This document shows positions 26,238-35,610 of a stretch of 43,369 bases of DNA, piece after piece (position 1 is the stretch's first letter; every line of letters begins with the position of its first letter). The stretch comes from an uncultured Thermotogae bacterium (lineage in GTDB: Bacteria; Bipolaricaulota; Bipolaricaulia; UBA7950; UBA9294): NCBI GenBank assembly GCA_964654805.1, contig CAZZJU010000001.1, positions 1-43,369 on the forward strand, written 5' to 3'. The notes under the pieces are model-generated. The model searched no databases. It saw only the letters and a list, made by a program, of their open reading frames with translations, and was not told the DNA's origin. A program made the position numbers and the translations under genes.

Positions 26238-27085
26238 TGCCGGAGCTACCCGATCTTGAAGTTTTGCGAGATGTGCTCACGCGTAAAGTGTTAGGGCGGA
26301 GAATTGTCAGATCCCGTGCCCTTCGCCCTGGAATATTGAAGACGGTTGATCCACCGCTTGAGGCTCTGATCGGGGAACAGGTCAATGAAATCTCACGCCG
26401 GGGAAAACATCTTATTTTCACACTCCGTTCCGATCTGCATTTCGTCGTTCACTTAATGCTCGCTGGACGATTCGTCCTCTGCCGGAGCGACACCCGGTTG
26501 ACCAAAGCGTCCGGGCTGGTTATCTCGTTTGCCGATGGGGAGGATCTGCGGTTGATCGAGAACGGCCCGATAAAACTGGTGCAGATATATGTGGTCGCAG
26601 ATCCCATGCAAGTGGATGCAATTGCGCACGCTGGAATCGAACCCCTGTCCTCTGAATTTACGGTGGAGAGGTTGACCGAAATGATGAGAGGGCGTCGGCG
26701 ACAGGCGAAGAAATTTCTCACCGATCAGCGGATAATCGCTGGGATCGGAAGCGCCTACGCGGATGAGATCCTATTCGCTGCCCAGATTTCGCCAATCCGC
26801 TACGTGAGCACGTTGTCCGAAGAGGAAATCACCCGTCTACATGTAGCGATTGTAAGCGTCCTTGAAAGTGCAATAAACGAAATTCGGGCTCGCATCGGGG
26901 ATAGCCTCTTCACCGATGAGATCCGTGACTTTCTCAAGGTCTACAAGCGAACCGGCGACCCGTGCCCGATCTGTGGGACGCCAATCCGCGAGATCCGCTA
27001 TGCCCAAACCCGCACCTACTACTGTCCAACCTGCCAGTCGGGAGGGAAAACCATTCCCGACCGGCGCAGTTGGATAACTCACTAG
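26237..27085 (+). CDS. mutM: Formamidopyrimidine-DNA glycosylase family (Fpg/Nei)
   Basis: ATG at 26237 is chosen so that the catalytic Pro follows Met (MPELPDLE). It has the C-terminal zinc finger CPICGTPIREIRYAQTRTYYCPTCQ. Confidence 0.88.
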   Translation: MPELPDLEVLRDVLTRKVLGRRIVRSRALRPGILKTVDPPLEALIGEQVNEISRRGKHLIFTLRSDLHFVVHLMLAGRFVLCRSDTRLTKASGLVISFADGEDLRLIENGPIKLVQIYVVADPMQVDAIAHAGIEPLSSEFTVERLTEMMRGRRRQAKKFLTDQRIIAGIGSAYADEILFAAQISPIRYVSTLSEEEITRLHVAIVSVLESAINEIRARIGDSLFTDEIRDFLKVYKRTGDPCPICGTPIREIRYAQTRTYYCPTCQSGGKTIPDRRSWITH

Positions 27086-27666
27086 CGGATGATCAGCCGG
27101 AACGAGTAATACTTGATCGTGCGGGAGCAGGAATCTCCGGCAGTCTCCATCGCTAGGGTGAGGAGGAACGGTCCTTGATCGAGCACGCTGGTGGACAGGG
27201 TATAACTTCCATCCGTCGTCGTGAATTCGGTAATCGGGATCAGTGCATCGAACAAGTCTCCGTCTGGAGCGATGGTGAGCACGTGGGGTAGCTCTTTGGT
27301 AGAAGTAAGGCGGGATTCAGGCACGATAGGGACCGTATTCCCGTTGGGAAGCGTAATTGAGCATCGATCCCACAATATGACGATAGCATCGGATGAAACG
27401 TTATGAATCCAGATGGGAATCCTGCTTTCCACCGCATTATCGCTATTTATCGACGCTTTAAACGAGACGTAGATCGTATCATCTTGAAAGATACCTTTTT
27501 CTGAATATACCGGACCCAGCATCTCGAGCGTTTTCTGCGGCACGCTTACCTGAGTATCTGGTGCCGGCGCCGGTGCCGGTTGATGCAGGGCCATTCCTCC
27601 GATTAGCAGTGCTACTAACGCCACCCCGAAAACGATCAAGGTCGTATTATTATCCATACGTTCCAC
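27082..27666 (-). CDS. Hypothetical membrane-anchored protein (194 aa)
   Basis: It has an N-terminal TM helix LIVFGVALVALLIGGMAL, a PAPAPAP linker and then a beta-rich domain. Its stop codon shares the CTAG tetranucleotide with the convergent fpg stop. Confidence 0.6.
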   Translation of the reverse strand: MERMDNNTTLIVFGVALVALLIGGMALHQPAPAPAPDTQVSVPQKTLEMLGPVYSEKGIFQDDTIYVSFKASINSDNAVESRIPIWIHNVSSDAIVILWDRCSITLPNGNTVPIVPESRLTSTKELPHVLTIAPDGDLFDALIPITEFTTTDGSYTLSTSVLDQGPFLLTLAMETAGDSCSRTIKYYSFRLIIR

Positions 27667-27880
27667 CCCTCATCTCTTTTTATTAGAGACGGCATTATGG
27701 TTGCTGTCCACATCAATCCTCGCACAATGGGCAATCGACGAAACTATCGTCTGCCCCTCATGTGTGTGACATTTATCACCAAAAACAGGCGACCAGACCA
27801 TGTCAATACAAGAAAATAGAAGCACTAAACTTTGCATGGCGATTCAATATGGCAGTATCATTCATGTCAAGGGAGGCGAG

Positions 27881-28297
27881 ATGGCAAAACGGATCTCCGT
27901 GATCGATATGGAGCGGTGCGTGGGATGCGAATCATGCATGTTTGCGTGCACACGGCGTTTCGGGGTAGGAGGAACGGGGAAGGCTTGTATAGCGGTCCGG
28001 TCTGCAGGCGGGATCAGGCGAGGATTCGTGGTAGTCGTCTGTCGGGCGTGTTCCGACCCACCGTGCGCACGTGCCTGCCCGACCGATGCCCTCACCGTGC
28101 GGGACGGCGGTGGGGTTATCTTCCACCCGAACGAATGCTTGGGCTGCGGGAACTGCCTCGATGCCTGCCCGTACGGCGCTGTATTCTGGGACGAGGTAGC
28201 GGGGAAGCCGCAGATCTGTGTATATTGCGGAATATGCGCTCAGTACTGCCCATACGATGTCATTGCGCTGGAGGAGGTGCCAAATGGTGCCGGGTGA
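27881..28297 (+). CDS. Four-cluster 4Fe-4S ferredoxin-domain protein (AOR electron-transfer partner)
   Basis: ATG at 27881 is preceded by GGGAGG, so the ORF-track start at 27800 is rejected. It has four Cys motifs: CVGCESCMFAC, CRACSDPPCARACP, CLGCGNCLDACP and CVYCGICAQYCP. Confidence 0.88.
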   Translation: MAKRISVIDMERCVGCESCMFACTRRFGVGGTGKACIAVRSAGGIRRGFVVVVCRACSDPPCARACPTDALTVRDGGGVIFHPNECLGCGNCLDACPYGAVFWDEVAGKPQICVYCGICAQYCPYDVIALEEVPNGAG

Positions 28298-30029
28298 TCC
28301 GCTCTGTCGAGTGCTCACGATCGATCTCTCCCACCGCAGCTTCCGCATCGATGACCGGCCGGAGCTGTTCGCCGCCGGGATCGGAGGAACCGGGGTGGGA
28401 ATCCGCCTACTGAACGAGCTCTGTCCTCTGGGGACCGATCCGCTCGGGCCGGATAATCCGATCATCCTCGCGGTCGGTCCGTTGGTCGGGCTGTATCCTC
28501 TCGCTTCGAAGACGGTAGCGATGTTCAAATCACCGCACACCGGCAACTTGGGGGAGGGGCATGCCGGCGGGCGCAGCGCGGTGTCGATCCGCATGGCCGG
28601 TTACGGAGCGATCGTCGTCCGCGGGGCGAGCAGCAGGCCGGTGTACCTAGTGATCGAGGACGGCCGCGTCCGGTTCCGCGACGCCTCCGCCCTGTGGGGA
28701 CTCTCCACCAGTGCCACGGTGGGGAGCGTGATCCGCGAGCGGGAACCCGGATCGGGGTACCGGTCGATTATGCGCATCGGTCCGGCCGGGGAGAAGAAAG
28801 TCTCCTACGCCTGCGTGATCGTCGACACCTACCGCCACTTCGGCCGGCTCGGACTGGGGGCAGTGTTCGGGAGCAAGAACCTCAAGGGGATAGTCGTTAT
28901 CGGAAAGCGGACCCTTCCCACGGCCGATCCGCGCGGCTATCGGAAAGTCTACGACGAGATATTCCGTGCTGCTACTGCATCGCCGCTGATGAAGAAATAT
29001 CACGAGCTGGGAACGCCGATGAACGTGCTCCCGCTCAACGAGCTCGGTGCCCTGCCCACACGGAACCTGAAACAGGCTCAGTTCGAGGGAGCACAGGATA
29101 TCTCCGGCGAGCGATTGGCCGAGACCGTCCTCGGCCGGCGGCTCGCCTGCGCCCACTGCCCGGTGGCGTGTATCCACCTCGCTGCCCTGCGCGTCCCTCA
29201 TCCCAAGGAGCCGTACTTCTACAAGACCGCGATGGTCGGCTACGACTACGAACCGATCTACTCTCTGGGAACGATGCTCGGAATATCGTCCTCCACTGGA
29301 TTACTCGAGCTGATCGACGAGGTGGAATCGCAGGGGCTCGACGCGATGAGCACCGGGGTGGTCCTTGCCTGGGCGACCGAAGCGCTGGAGAAAGGGCTGA
29401 TCTCAACAGCGGAGACCGATGGGATCACGCTTTCTTTCGGTGACTATGCCGGTTACATCGCGGCCGTGCGTCGCATCGTGACCCAGCCGAACGAGTTCTA
29501 CCGCGCCCTGGCCCACGGAGCCGAGCGCGCCGCCTCGATCTACGGTGGCCTCGACTTCGCGCTGACATTCGGGAAAAACGAGATGCCGGGATACCACACC
29601 GGACCAGGAGCCGCCCTCACCTTCCTCGCCGGAGCACGGCACAGCCACCTCGACAGCGCCGGCTACAGCGTCGATCAGAAGGCGGCGGCGAGCGGTGAGG
29701 CCCTCTCTCCGGACACCCTTGCCGAACGGCTGCTCGCCGAGGAGAGCTGGCGCCAGGTGCTCTCCAGCCTCGTTGTCTGCTTCTTCTCCCGCGGGATCTA
29801 CTCCCCGCCGGTGGTTGCCGATGCGTTGCGAGCTTGGGGAATTGAGCTGGATACGGATGCGCTGGAAGAGTTCGGCCGCGATGTGCTGGCACGGAAGCAC
29901 GCGTTCAAGGCACGTGAGGGGTTTAATGTTGAGAAGGTCCGGATACCACGCCGGATCCTGGAGACTCCCACCCCACTCGGACGGATCAATGAATCATTCC
30001 TGAGAAAAGCGTTGACAAAGTTCAAATAG
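28284..30029 (+). CDS. aor: Aldehyde:ferredoxin oxidoreductase (tungstopterin AOR family), paralog 2
   Basis: ATG at 28284 is preceded by GGAGGAGGTG and overlaps the ferredoxin gene by 14 nt. Motifs include CAHCPVAC and DYEPIYSLGT. It is much more GC-rich than paralog 1. Confidence 0.9.
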   Translation: MVPGDPLCRVLTIDLSHRSFRIDDRPELFAAGIGGTGVGIRLLNELCPLGTDPLGPDNPIILAVGPLVGLYPLASKTVAMFKSPHTGNLGEGHAGGRSAVSIRMAGYGAIVVRGASSRPVYLVIEDGRVRFRDASALWGLSTSATVGSVIREREPGSGYRSIMRIGPAGEKKVSYACVIVDTYRHFGRLGLGAVFGSKNLKGIVVIGKRTLPTADPRGYRKVYDEIFRAATASPLMKKYHELGTPMNVLPLNELGALPTRNLKQAQFEGAQDISGERLAETVLGRRLACAHCPVACIHLAALRVPHPKEPYFYKTAMVGYDYEPIYSLGTMLGISSSTGLLELIDEVESQGLDAMSTGVVLAWATEALEKGLISTAETDGITLSFGDYAGYIAAVRRIVTQPNEFYRALAHGAERAASIYGGLDFALTFGKNEMPGYHTGPGAALTFLAGARHSHLDSAGYSVDQKAAASGEALSPDTLAERLLAEESWRQVLSSLVVCFFSRGIYSPPVVADALRAWGIELDTDALEEFGRDVLARKHAFKAREGFNVEKVRIPRRILETPTPLGRINESFLRKALTKFK

Positions 30030-30035
30030 ACCTTG

Positions 30036-30107
30036 AGCCGGCGAGAGGACTTGAACCTCCGACCCACGGTTTACGAAACCGTTGCTCTACCACTGAGCTA
30101 CGCCGGC
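30036..30107 (-). tRNA. tRNA-Thr (anticodon CGU), CCA not encoded
   Basis: I folded a cloverleaf by hand. The acceptor stem is GCCGGCG/CGCCGGC, the D stem GCTC/GAGC and the anticodon stem ACGGT/ACCGT. The anticodon loop is TTCGTAA and the T arm is GGAGG-TTCAAGT-CCTCT. Confidence 0.9.
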
Positions 30108-30118
30108 GTTATAATTTG

Positions 30119-30147
30119 ATTATAGCAACGGTATTTTACCCCATCAA
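30119..30147 (-). promoter_or_regulatory. Sigma70-like promoter for tRNA-Thr
   Basis: TTGATG (30147-30142), a 17-nt spacer, then TATAAT (30124-30119), which lies 11 nt upstream of the mature tRNA 5' end. A + strand TATAAT at 30110-30115 may serve rqcH. Confidence 0.55.
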
Positions 30148-30158
30148 CTGGAGGCATT

Positions 30159-31742
30159 ATGGACGGCCTGGCGATTGCGGCAGCGCTCACCGAGATCAAC
30201 CGCATTGCAGATGGGGCGTCGGTGCGCACGATCTATCAGCCGGACCGCTGGACGTTCGTCATCCACCTGTTCGCGGGGAGGGAGTTTCGAGTCCTCGTCT
30301 CACCGCGACGAGCGCGGATCCAGTTAACCGATCTCGATCTTCCTCATCCTCAAACCCCGTCTCCGTTCACTATGCTCCTGCGCAAGCACCTGCGCGGCGG
30401 AAAGATCACCACGATAAACCAGGATGGCTGGGAACGCGTCGTGCGTGTTGGGATGACCCGCCGTGGACCAGATGGGGAAGTTAACCTCGAGCTCATTGGT
30501 GAACTGATCGGGGTGAGGGGAAATCTGATCTTGGTACGGGAGGGGCAGGTGATCGCGGCGCTGCGGGCGGATCCTCGGGTTCAGATCGGCGGGCAATATC
30601 ATCCGTTGCCGCGGCAGGAGAAGCTCGATCCGCGCGAGGTGAATCCACAAGTTATTTCCGACATTATGGCAGCGGGTGATCCGGTACGGGCACTTGTAAA
30701 AGAGATTGACGGAATCGGAAAGGAAACCGCGCAGGTGGTCGTTTCTCAGAATAGTGGGCCGAAGGAGCTTGCGTCTCGTATCACTGAGATCGTTTCTTAC
30801 GTTGATCATCCGGTCGGATGCTACGATCCGGACAGAAAAGCCGCGTACTTCTTTCCGGTGGAGTGCGGTGAGAAATTTGCAAGCTTTTCCCTGGCGCTCG
30901 ACCGGGAGTACAGGATGAACTATGCCGATATGGATTACGAGCGCACTGTGAATGACCTGCGCATTGGGTTCGAACGGGCACTGGCGAAGCGCAAGCGGAC
31001 GCTGGCCAAACTCGTCCGTTGGTTGGAAGAAGCGGAGCAGGAAGATATCCTGCGTCACCACGCCGATCTCATCATGATTCATCTGAAGGAGCTGTCTCGT
31101 GGGATGACGCGGGCGAAACTGCTCGATGTGGAGAGCGGATCCCCGGTGGAAGTGGCACTCGATCCGCGGCTCGGACCGATCGAAAACGCACAGGCCCTGT
31201 ACGAACGGGCCAAGCGGTTGCGTCGCGGCCGCCCGCGCGTCGAGGCGCGCAAGCGGCGCTTGGAGAAAGAGATCGCGGTTTTGGAAGAAGGACTTGATGC
31301 GGTCGCTGCCGGTGAGGTCCCGTCCGAGGAGGCGCTTGCCCTCCTGCCAACACCACCAAAACAGAGTGAGAAACGGATTGTCCTTCCTGCCACCAGAGTG
31401 TATCAAATCGATGGCTATCGTGTTGAAGTAGGTAAAAGTGCGGTACAGAACGATTTTCTTCTCAAAAGGGCGAAGCCTGATGACCTGTGGTTTCATGTTA
31501 AGGGGCTGCCCGGCGCTCATGTGATCGTGCACCGCCGGGGGAAAAAGGAGGTCCCGCAGGAAGTGGTTGAGGCGGCAGCGCAGTTAGCGGCTGGATTTTC
31601 CAAAGGGAGAGAGGAGGCGAAGGTGGAAGTGAGTTATACTCGCGTTAAATACGTACGTAAGCCGAAAGGGGCTCCGCCGGGATTGGTCATCCTCGAGCGT
31701 GAAAAGACGATCGCTGTTGCACCGGACCGGCGTAGCGGGTAA
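30159..31742 (+). CDS. rqcH: NFACT-family ribosome quality control protein (RqcH/FbpA-like)
   Basis: ATG at 30159 is preceded by GGAGG. It has an N-terminal NFACT-N-like segment MDGLAIAAALTEIN and a C-terminal DDLWFHVKGLPGAHVIV (NFACT-R/DUF814 hallmark). Confidence 0.85.
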   Translation: MDGLAIAAALTEINRIADGASVRTIYQPDRWTFVIHLFAGREFRVLVSPRRARIQLTDLDLPHPQTPSPFTMLLRKHLRGGKITTINQDGWERVVRVGMTRRGPDGEVNLELIGELIGVRGNLILVREGQVIAALRADPRVQIGGQYHPLPRQEKLDPREVNPQVISDIMAAGDPVRALVKEIDGIGKETAQVVVSQNSGPKELASRITEIVSYVDHPVGCYDPDRKAAYFFPVECGEKFASFSLALDREYRMNYADMDYERTVNDLRIGFERALAKRKRTLAKLVRWLEEAEQEDILRHHADLIMIHLKELSRGMTRAKLLDVESGSPVEVALDPRLGPIENAQALYERAKRLRRGRPRVEARKRRLEKEIAVLEEGLDAVAAGEVPSEEALALLPTPPKQSEKRIVLPATRVYQIDGYRVEVGKSAVQNDFLLKRAKPDDLWFHVKGLPGAHVIVHRRGKKEVPQEVVEAAAQLAAGFSKGREEAKVEVSYTRVKYVRKPKGAPPGLVILEREKTIAVAPDRRSG

Positions 31743-31755
31743 TTTTAGGAATGTC

Positions 31756-32445
31756 ATGAACTTCGACTACATTTTGGACATAATTCTGTCGCTCATCGCT
31801 GTATTCACAGCGATAGTGCTTCACGAAGTCTCGCATGGCTACGTCGCGTACCGGCTTGGGGATCCAACGGCCAAGGCGCACGGTCGCTTGACTCTCAACC
31901 CACTCGCCCACATTGACCCGATTGGAACAATCCTCGTTCCGCTGATGCTGGCGGTGTTCCGTTCCCCATTTCTCTTCGGCTGGGCGAAACCTGTTCCGAT
32001 AAACCCTAACTATTTTCGCAATCCGTTTAAGGGGATGCTCTACGTAGCGATCGCTGGCCCGGCGACGAACACTGTTCTCGCACTGGTCACTGCTGGTATC
32101 GGGCGGGCGAGCCTGACTGTAATACCGAATGAGCTGCTGTTTGGGGCAACGTTTTCTTCCTACCTCGTCCGTGATATATTTTACCTGTTAGGAATGTTCG
32201 TTATCATTAACGTATTCCTCGCGGTATTCAACATGATACCCATTCCTCCCCTCGACGGCTCGCGCGTTCTTACCTACTTCTTGCCTCCGGAAGGGAAACG
32301 GGTAATGCTTATGCTCGAGCGGTACGGAATGTTGATACTATTTGCAATCATCCTCCTCGGCGGGATTAGTCGGCTGGTCAACGGGACAAGCTGGGTATGG
32401 CAAGGACTTCTCGGAGTTCGCTGGCTCGCTTCTATGACATTTTAA
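31756..32445 (+). CDS. M50-family (site-2 protease-like) zinc metallopeptidase
   Basis: ATG at 31756 is chosen because the ORF-track start at 31699 would overlap rqcH. It is a polytopic membrane protein with HEVSHG and NMIPIPPLDGSRV. Confidence 0.85.
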   Translation: MNFDYILDIILSLIAVFTAIVLHEVSHGYVAYRLGDPTAKAHGRLTLNPLAHIDPIGTILVPLMLAVFRSPFLFGWAKPVPINPNYFRNPFKGMLYVAIAGPATNTVLALVTAGIGRASLTVIPNELLFGATFSSYLVRDIFYLLGMFVIINVFLAVFNMIPIPPLDGSRVLTYFLPPEGKRVMLMLERYGMLILFAIILLGGISRLVNGTSWVWQGLLGVRWLASMTF

Positions 32446-32516
32446 ATGGCTCCTTGTTAGGACCCCTTACCGCGCGTATAATCCCACAAGCAACCAACGA
32501 TAGGGAGAGGATTTCC

Positions 32517-33770
32517 GTGATAAGCCAAAAAGGTGATTATAAGATCAAGGAACGTACCGCCACTGAGGTGACGTTGGAGATCACCGTCGATGCGGAAGAA
32601 GTGCGCGGTGCGATAGATGAAGTATATCGTCGCTACAGCCGTGAGGTGAGTATTCCCGGGTTCCGTCGTGGACGTGTGCCACGCAACCTGCTTGAGGCAC
32701 GATTTGGGAAGGAACTGTTCCTGGAAGAAGCACAAAAAGCGTTAGAGGAGGAGCACCTTCCTCAAGCGATTGCCGAGCTTGGGTTACATCCGGTCACCCC
32801 TCCGAAGACTGAGGAGACAAAAGTTGAAGAGGGAAAGCCGTTCGTATTCACTGCCAGCTTTTCCGTCCTCCCTGAGTTTGAACTTCCCGAATATAAAGGG
32901 ATTGAAATCACTGTCCCTCCAGAGAAGGAAGTAAGCGAAGATGACATCCAGCAAGCACTGGAGGATATCCGCCGCCGGTTTGGGACCCTCGTCAATAAGG
33001 AAGGGGATACCGTATCCGCTGGGGACATCGTGCATGTGAAAGAAGGGGATGAGGAATGGGACACCCGCGCCGAGGAGGACAATCCCGTTACCTCCAAGCT
33101 GATCGGACACAAAGTGGGAGAGACGGTGGAAATATCGCTCGACGTCGGGGAAGGAAAGACCGTTGATACCTCTCTCACTATTCTTGGTTTGAAGGAAATA
33201 TCACTGCCAGAAATCGATGATGAGCTTGCCAAAGACGCAGGTTATGACAGCCTTGATGCGCTGAAAGCGGATATCCGTGAACGACTTAAAAGCGCGCGGG
33301 CGCGGGAGCAACGGCGTGAGATTGAGTTGAAGCTACTGGATAAATTGATCGACCAGGTGGACATTCCGCTTCCTCAAGCTCTAGTTGAGGAAATTGCTGA
33401 AGAGGAATTGGACGAGCTGAAGCGTAACCTCGCTCATCCCCGTTCTCCGCTTTCATTTGAGGATTACCTGAAAGAAAGGGAGAAAACCGAGGATGAGGTA
33501 CGGGCTGACTACCGTGAGCGTGTCTCCCGTCGCATCCGCCGTGAGCTGATGTTGCAGAGGATAGCTGAAGCGGAGGGAATCAATATTCCGGATGAGGAAC
33601 TTGAACAACTGGCGAGCGAAGAGGCGGAGCGAGAAGGGGAGAATCCTCTCCGATTCATTGCTCGACTCAAGGCTGAAGATAGATGGGACGATTACCGCAC
33701 CGCTAAAGTGAACGCCCGAGTACTCGAGCTTCTGTACAATGAAGCGAAAATCAAGGAGGAAGAGGAATGA
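32517..33770 (+). CDS. tig: Trigger factor
   Basis: GTG at 32517 is preceded by GGGAGAGGA. It has the N-terminal signature [19 protein letters not shown], a central PPIase-like region and an acidic C-terminus. It has an ATGA overlap with clpP. Confidence 0.88.
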   Translation: MISQKGDYKIKERTATEVTLEITVDAEEVRGAIDEVYRRYSREVSIPGFRRGRVPRNLLEARFGKELFLEEAQKALEEEHLPQAIAELGLHPVTPPKTEETKVEEGKPFVFTASFSVLPEFELPEYKGIEITVPPEKEVSEDDIQQALEDIRRRFGTLVNKEGDTVSAGDIVHVKEGDEEWDTRAEEDNPVTSKLIGHKVGETVEISLDVGEGKTVDTSLTILGLKEISLPEIDDELAKDAGYDSLDALKADIRERLKSARAREQRREIELKLLDKLIDQVDIPLPQALVEEIAEEELDELKRNLAHPRSPLSFEDYLKEREKTEDEVRADYRERVSRRIRRELMLQRIAEAEGINIPDEELEQLASEEAEREGENPLRFIARLKAEDRWDDYRTAKVNARVLELLYNEAKIKEEEE

Positions 33771-34366
33771 AGCCGACCGCTCAGATCCCGTTCGTCATCG
33801 ATCGCACCGGTCATGTCGAGCGCACCTACGATATTTACTCTCGCTTGCTTGAGGATCGGATAATCTTCCTGCGTCAACAGATTGACGATGAAGTGGCGAA
33901 CGTGGTGATCGCCCAGATGCTGTTCCTTGCAGCGAAGGATCCGAATAAGGACATCAAGCTGTACATAAATTCTCCCGGTGGATCTGTTACCGCCGGGTTT
34001 GCCATCTACGACACCATGCAATATGTGAGCTGCGATGTTTCTACAATCTGCATTGGGCAGGCAGCGAGTATGGCCGCAGTCCTTCTTGCTGCCGGGACAA
34101 AGGGAAAACGTTCGGCCCTCCCCAACTCGCGCATCCTCATTCACCAGATATTCGGCGGTGCGCAAGGACAAGCGATCGATGTTAAGATCCAGACTGACGA
34201 GCTTCTCCGAATGCGGGATCAGATAAACCGAATCCTCGCCCATCACACTGGTCAGACGGTAAAAAAGATCACCAAGGATACCGACCGTGACTTCTATATG
34301 TCTCCGGAGGAAGCGAAAGAGTATGGAATCATTGATCGGATCATCGCTCCCAAGGCGAGTAAGTGA
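33767..34366 (+). CDS. clpP: ATP-dependent Clp protease proteolytic subunit
   Basis: Motifs include [44 protein letters not shown] and ILIHQ. Confidence 0.95.
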   Translation: MKPTAQIPFVIDRTGHVERTYDIYSRLLEDRIIFLRQQIDDEVANVVIAQMLFLAAKDPNKDIKLYINSPGGSVTAGFAIYDTMQYVSCDVSTICIGQAASMAAVLLAAGTKGKRSALPNSRILIHQIFGGAQGQAIDVKIQTDELLRMRDQINRILAHHTGQTVKKITKDTDRDFYMSPEEAKEYGIIDRIIAPKASK

Positions 34367-34517
34367 ACATCTTTCATAAAAACGGCCGTAGCCAAAGTAG
34401 CTGCTGATTCGCTCACACTGACTTCCTGGGCTCGCATATATATATGACAAACTCGGTTGAACGAGTTGATGAACCGAGTCTAACACGGGTTGGCGCTGAA
34501 TGATCAGCTATTACCTC

Positions 34518-34546
34518 TTGACAAGCAGCGATAAACGTGCTATATG
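34518..34546 (+). promoter_or_regulatory. Sigma70-like promoter of the lacI-led sugar cluster
   Basis: TTGACA (34518-34523), a 17-nt spacer, then TATATG (34541-34546). The operator-like repeats start at its 3' edge. Confidence 0.5.
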
Positions 34547-34582
34547 TAACGTTACCGGTAACGATACCGATAACGTTACCAG
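34547..34582 (+). repeat. Three tandem 12-bp units carrying LacI-type palindromic half-sites
   Basis: The units are TAACGTTACCGG, TAACGATACCGA and TAACGTTACCAG. GTAACGTTAC (34546-34555) is a perfect palindrome with a central CG. ATAACGTTAC (34570-34579) is a 9/10 copy. Confidence 0.7.
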
Positions 34583-34590
34583 AGGATATA

Positions 34591-35610
34591 ATGAATCAGC
34601 ACGTGACGATTCGCGATGTGGCTGCTGCCGCTGGGTTTTCCGTTAACACGGTCTCCCGGGCGCTGAACGATAAGCCCGATGTCAGCCCGGAGACGAAAGC
34701 ACGTGTGTTGGAGGCAGCACGACGCCTTGGTTACCGTCCAAATAAGCTTGCGCGGGGCCTTCGTTCAAATAAGACCCAGACCATCGGAGTAATTGTCGCT
34801 GATATAGCTAATCCATTTTTTGGTGCCGTAGTTAAAGGGGTAGAGGAAGCAGCTCGCGAGCATGACTTGAGCATCATCCTTGGCAATACCAATGAAGATT
34901 ACGAGAAAGAAGAAAAAGTAATCCAGACAATGCTTTCTGAACGGGTAGACGGATTATTAGTCACTCCAGTGCAAACCAAAAATGCGACAATCATTAAACT
35001 AGAAGAATCTGGTATGCCATTTGTATTACTGGGAAGGCATTTTAAGGATTTAGAAACTGATTATGTTGCTTCTGATGATGTCCAGGGAGGCTTTTTGGCT
35101 ACAGAGCGGTTGATAAAACTAGGGCATAGGAAGATTGCATTTATTAACGGTCCACTACATGTGTCGTCAGCTAAGGAGCGGTTTCAGGGATATAAAGCTG
35201 CGTTAGAACGATACGGACTAGTTCTTAAACCAACATTAGTGAAAAATGATGCTATTACAATGGAGGATGGCTACCGTGTTGCTAGGTTGTTATTAAGTCA
35301 CACTTCAAGACCCACTGCAGTTTTTGCATACAGTGATTTTGTAGCGCTAGGAGTAATAGAAGCAGCACATGAATGTGGACTTGCCATTCCTGATGACTTA
35401 TCAGTTGTAGGATACGATGATACTAATTTCGCTCGTGGATTAGCAGTTCCGCTAACTACGGTTCATATTCCCATAGATGAGCTTGGTAAACTAAGCATAG
35501 AAATCCTTCGGGAAAAAATTAATGGCAGCAATGTAACTCGACAAGTGAGAGTTCCAGTGAAGTTAGTCATCAGAAAATCGGATGCGGAGGTCCATGCGTT
35601 TGGAGACTAG
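34591..35610 (+). CDS. LacI-family transcriptional regulator
   Basis: ATG at 34591 is preceded by AGAGGA, so the ORF-track start at 34537, which reads through the repeats, is rejected. It has the HTH VTIRDVAAAAGFSVNTVSRALN and a periplasmic-binding-like effector domain. Confidence 0.9.
   Translation: MNQHVTIRDVAAAAGFSVNTVSRALNDKPDVSPETKARVLEAARRLGYRPNKLARGLRSNKTQTIGVIVADIANPFFGAVVKGVEEAAREHDLSIILGNTNEDYEKEEKVIQTMLSERVDGLLVTPVQTKNATIIKLEESGMPFVLLGRHFKDLETDYVASDDVQGGFLATERLIKLGHRKIAFINGPLHVSSAKERFQGYKAALERYGLVLKPTLVKNDAITMEDGYRVARLLLSHTSRPTAVFAYSDFVALGVIEAAHECGLAIPDDLSVVGYDDTNFARGLAVPLTTVHIPIDELGKLSIEILREKINGSNVTRQVRVPVKLVIRKSDAEVHAFGD

Noticed and set aside
27932-29443. Alternative-frame ORFs within the ferredoxin/AOR2 region: 27932-28594 (-), 28694-29443 (+), 28647-29201 (-) and 29403-29900 (-).
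   Set aside because: They are GC-rich shadow frames with Arg/Gly/Pro-rich translations. The annotated frame carries the AOR motifs.
30108-30158. I looked for an integrase, an attachment-site repeat or another mobile-element signature next to tRNA-Thr.
   Set aside because: I found no integrase or transposase ORF anywhere in the window and no visible duplicate of the tRNA 3' end. Only divergent promoter-like hexamers are present.
30324-31532. A 402-aa ORF antisense to rqcH.
   Set aside because: It has no SD or promoter context and no recognisable motifs. The + strand frame encodes an unmistakable NFACT protein.
34451-34479. The hairpin ACTCGGTT-13 nt-AACCGAGT downstream of clpP, considered as a terminator.
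   Set aside because: The stem is only 8 bp with mixed composition and has no following T-run. I note it only as a possible boundary feature, not as a terminator.
33692-34486. A 264-aa ORF antisense to clpP.
   Set aside because: It overlaps the whole of a highly conserved clpP frame and has no motifs or SD.
34547-34582. A short tandem repeat that might suggest a CRISPR array or coding repeat. The ORF track translates it as VTLPVTIPITLP.
   Set aside because: There are only three contiguous 12-bp units and no spacers. They sit between a promoter and the SD/ATG of lacI, and their palindromic CG core fits an operator. The N-terminal extension from 34537 is therefore not coding.
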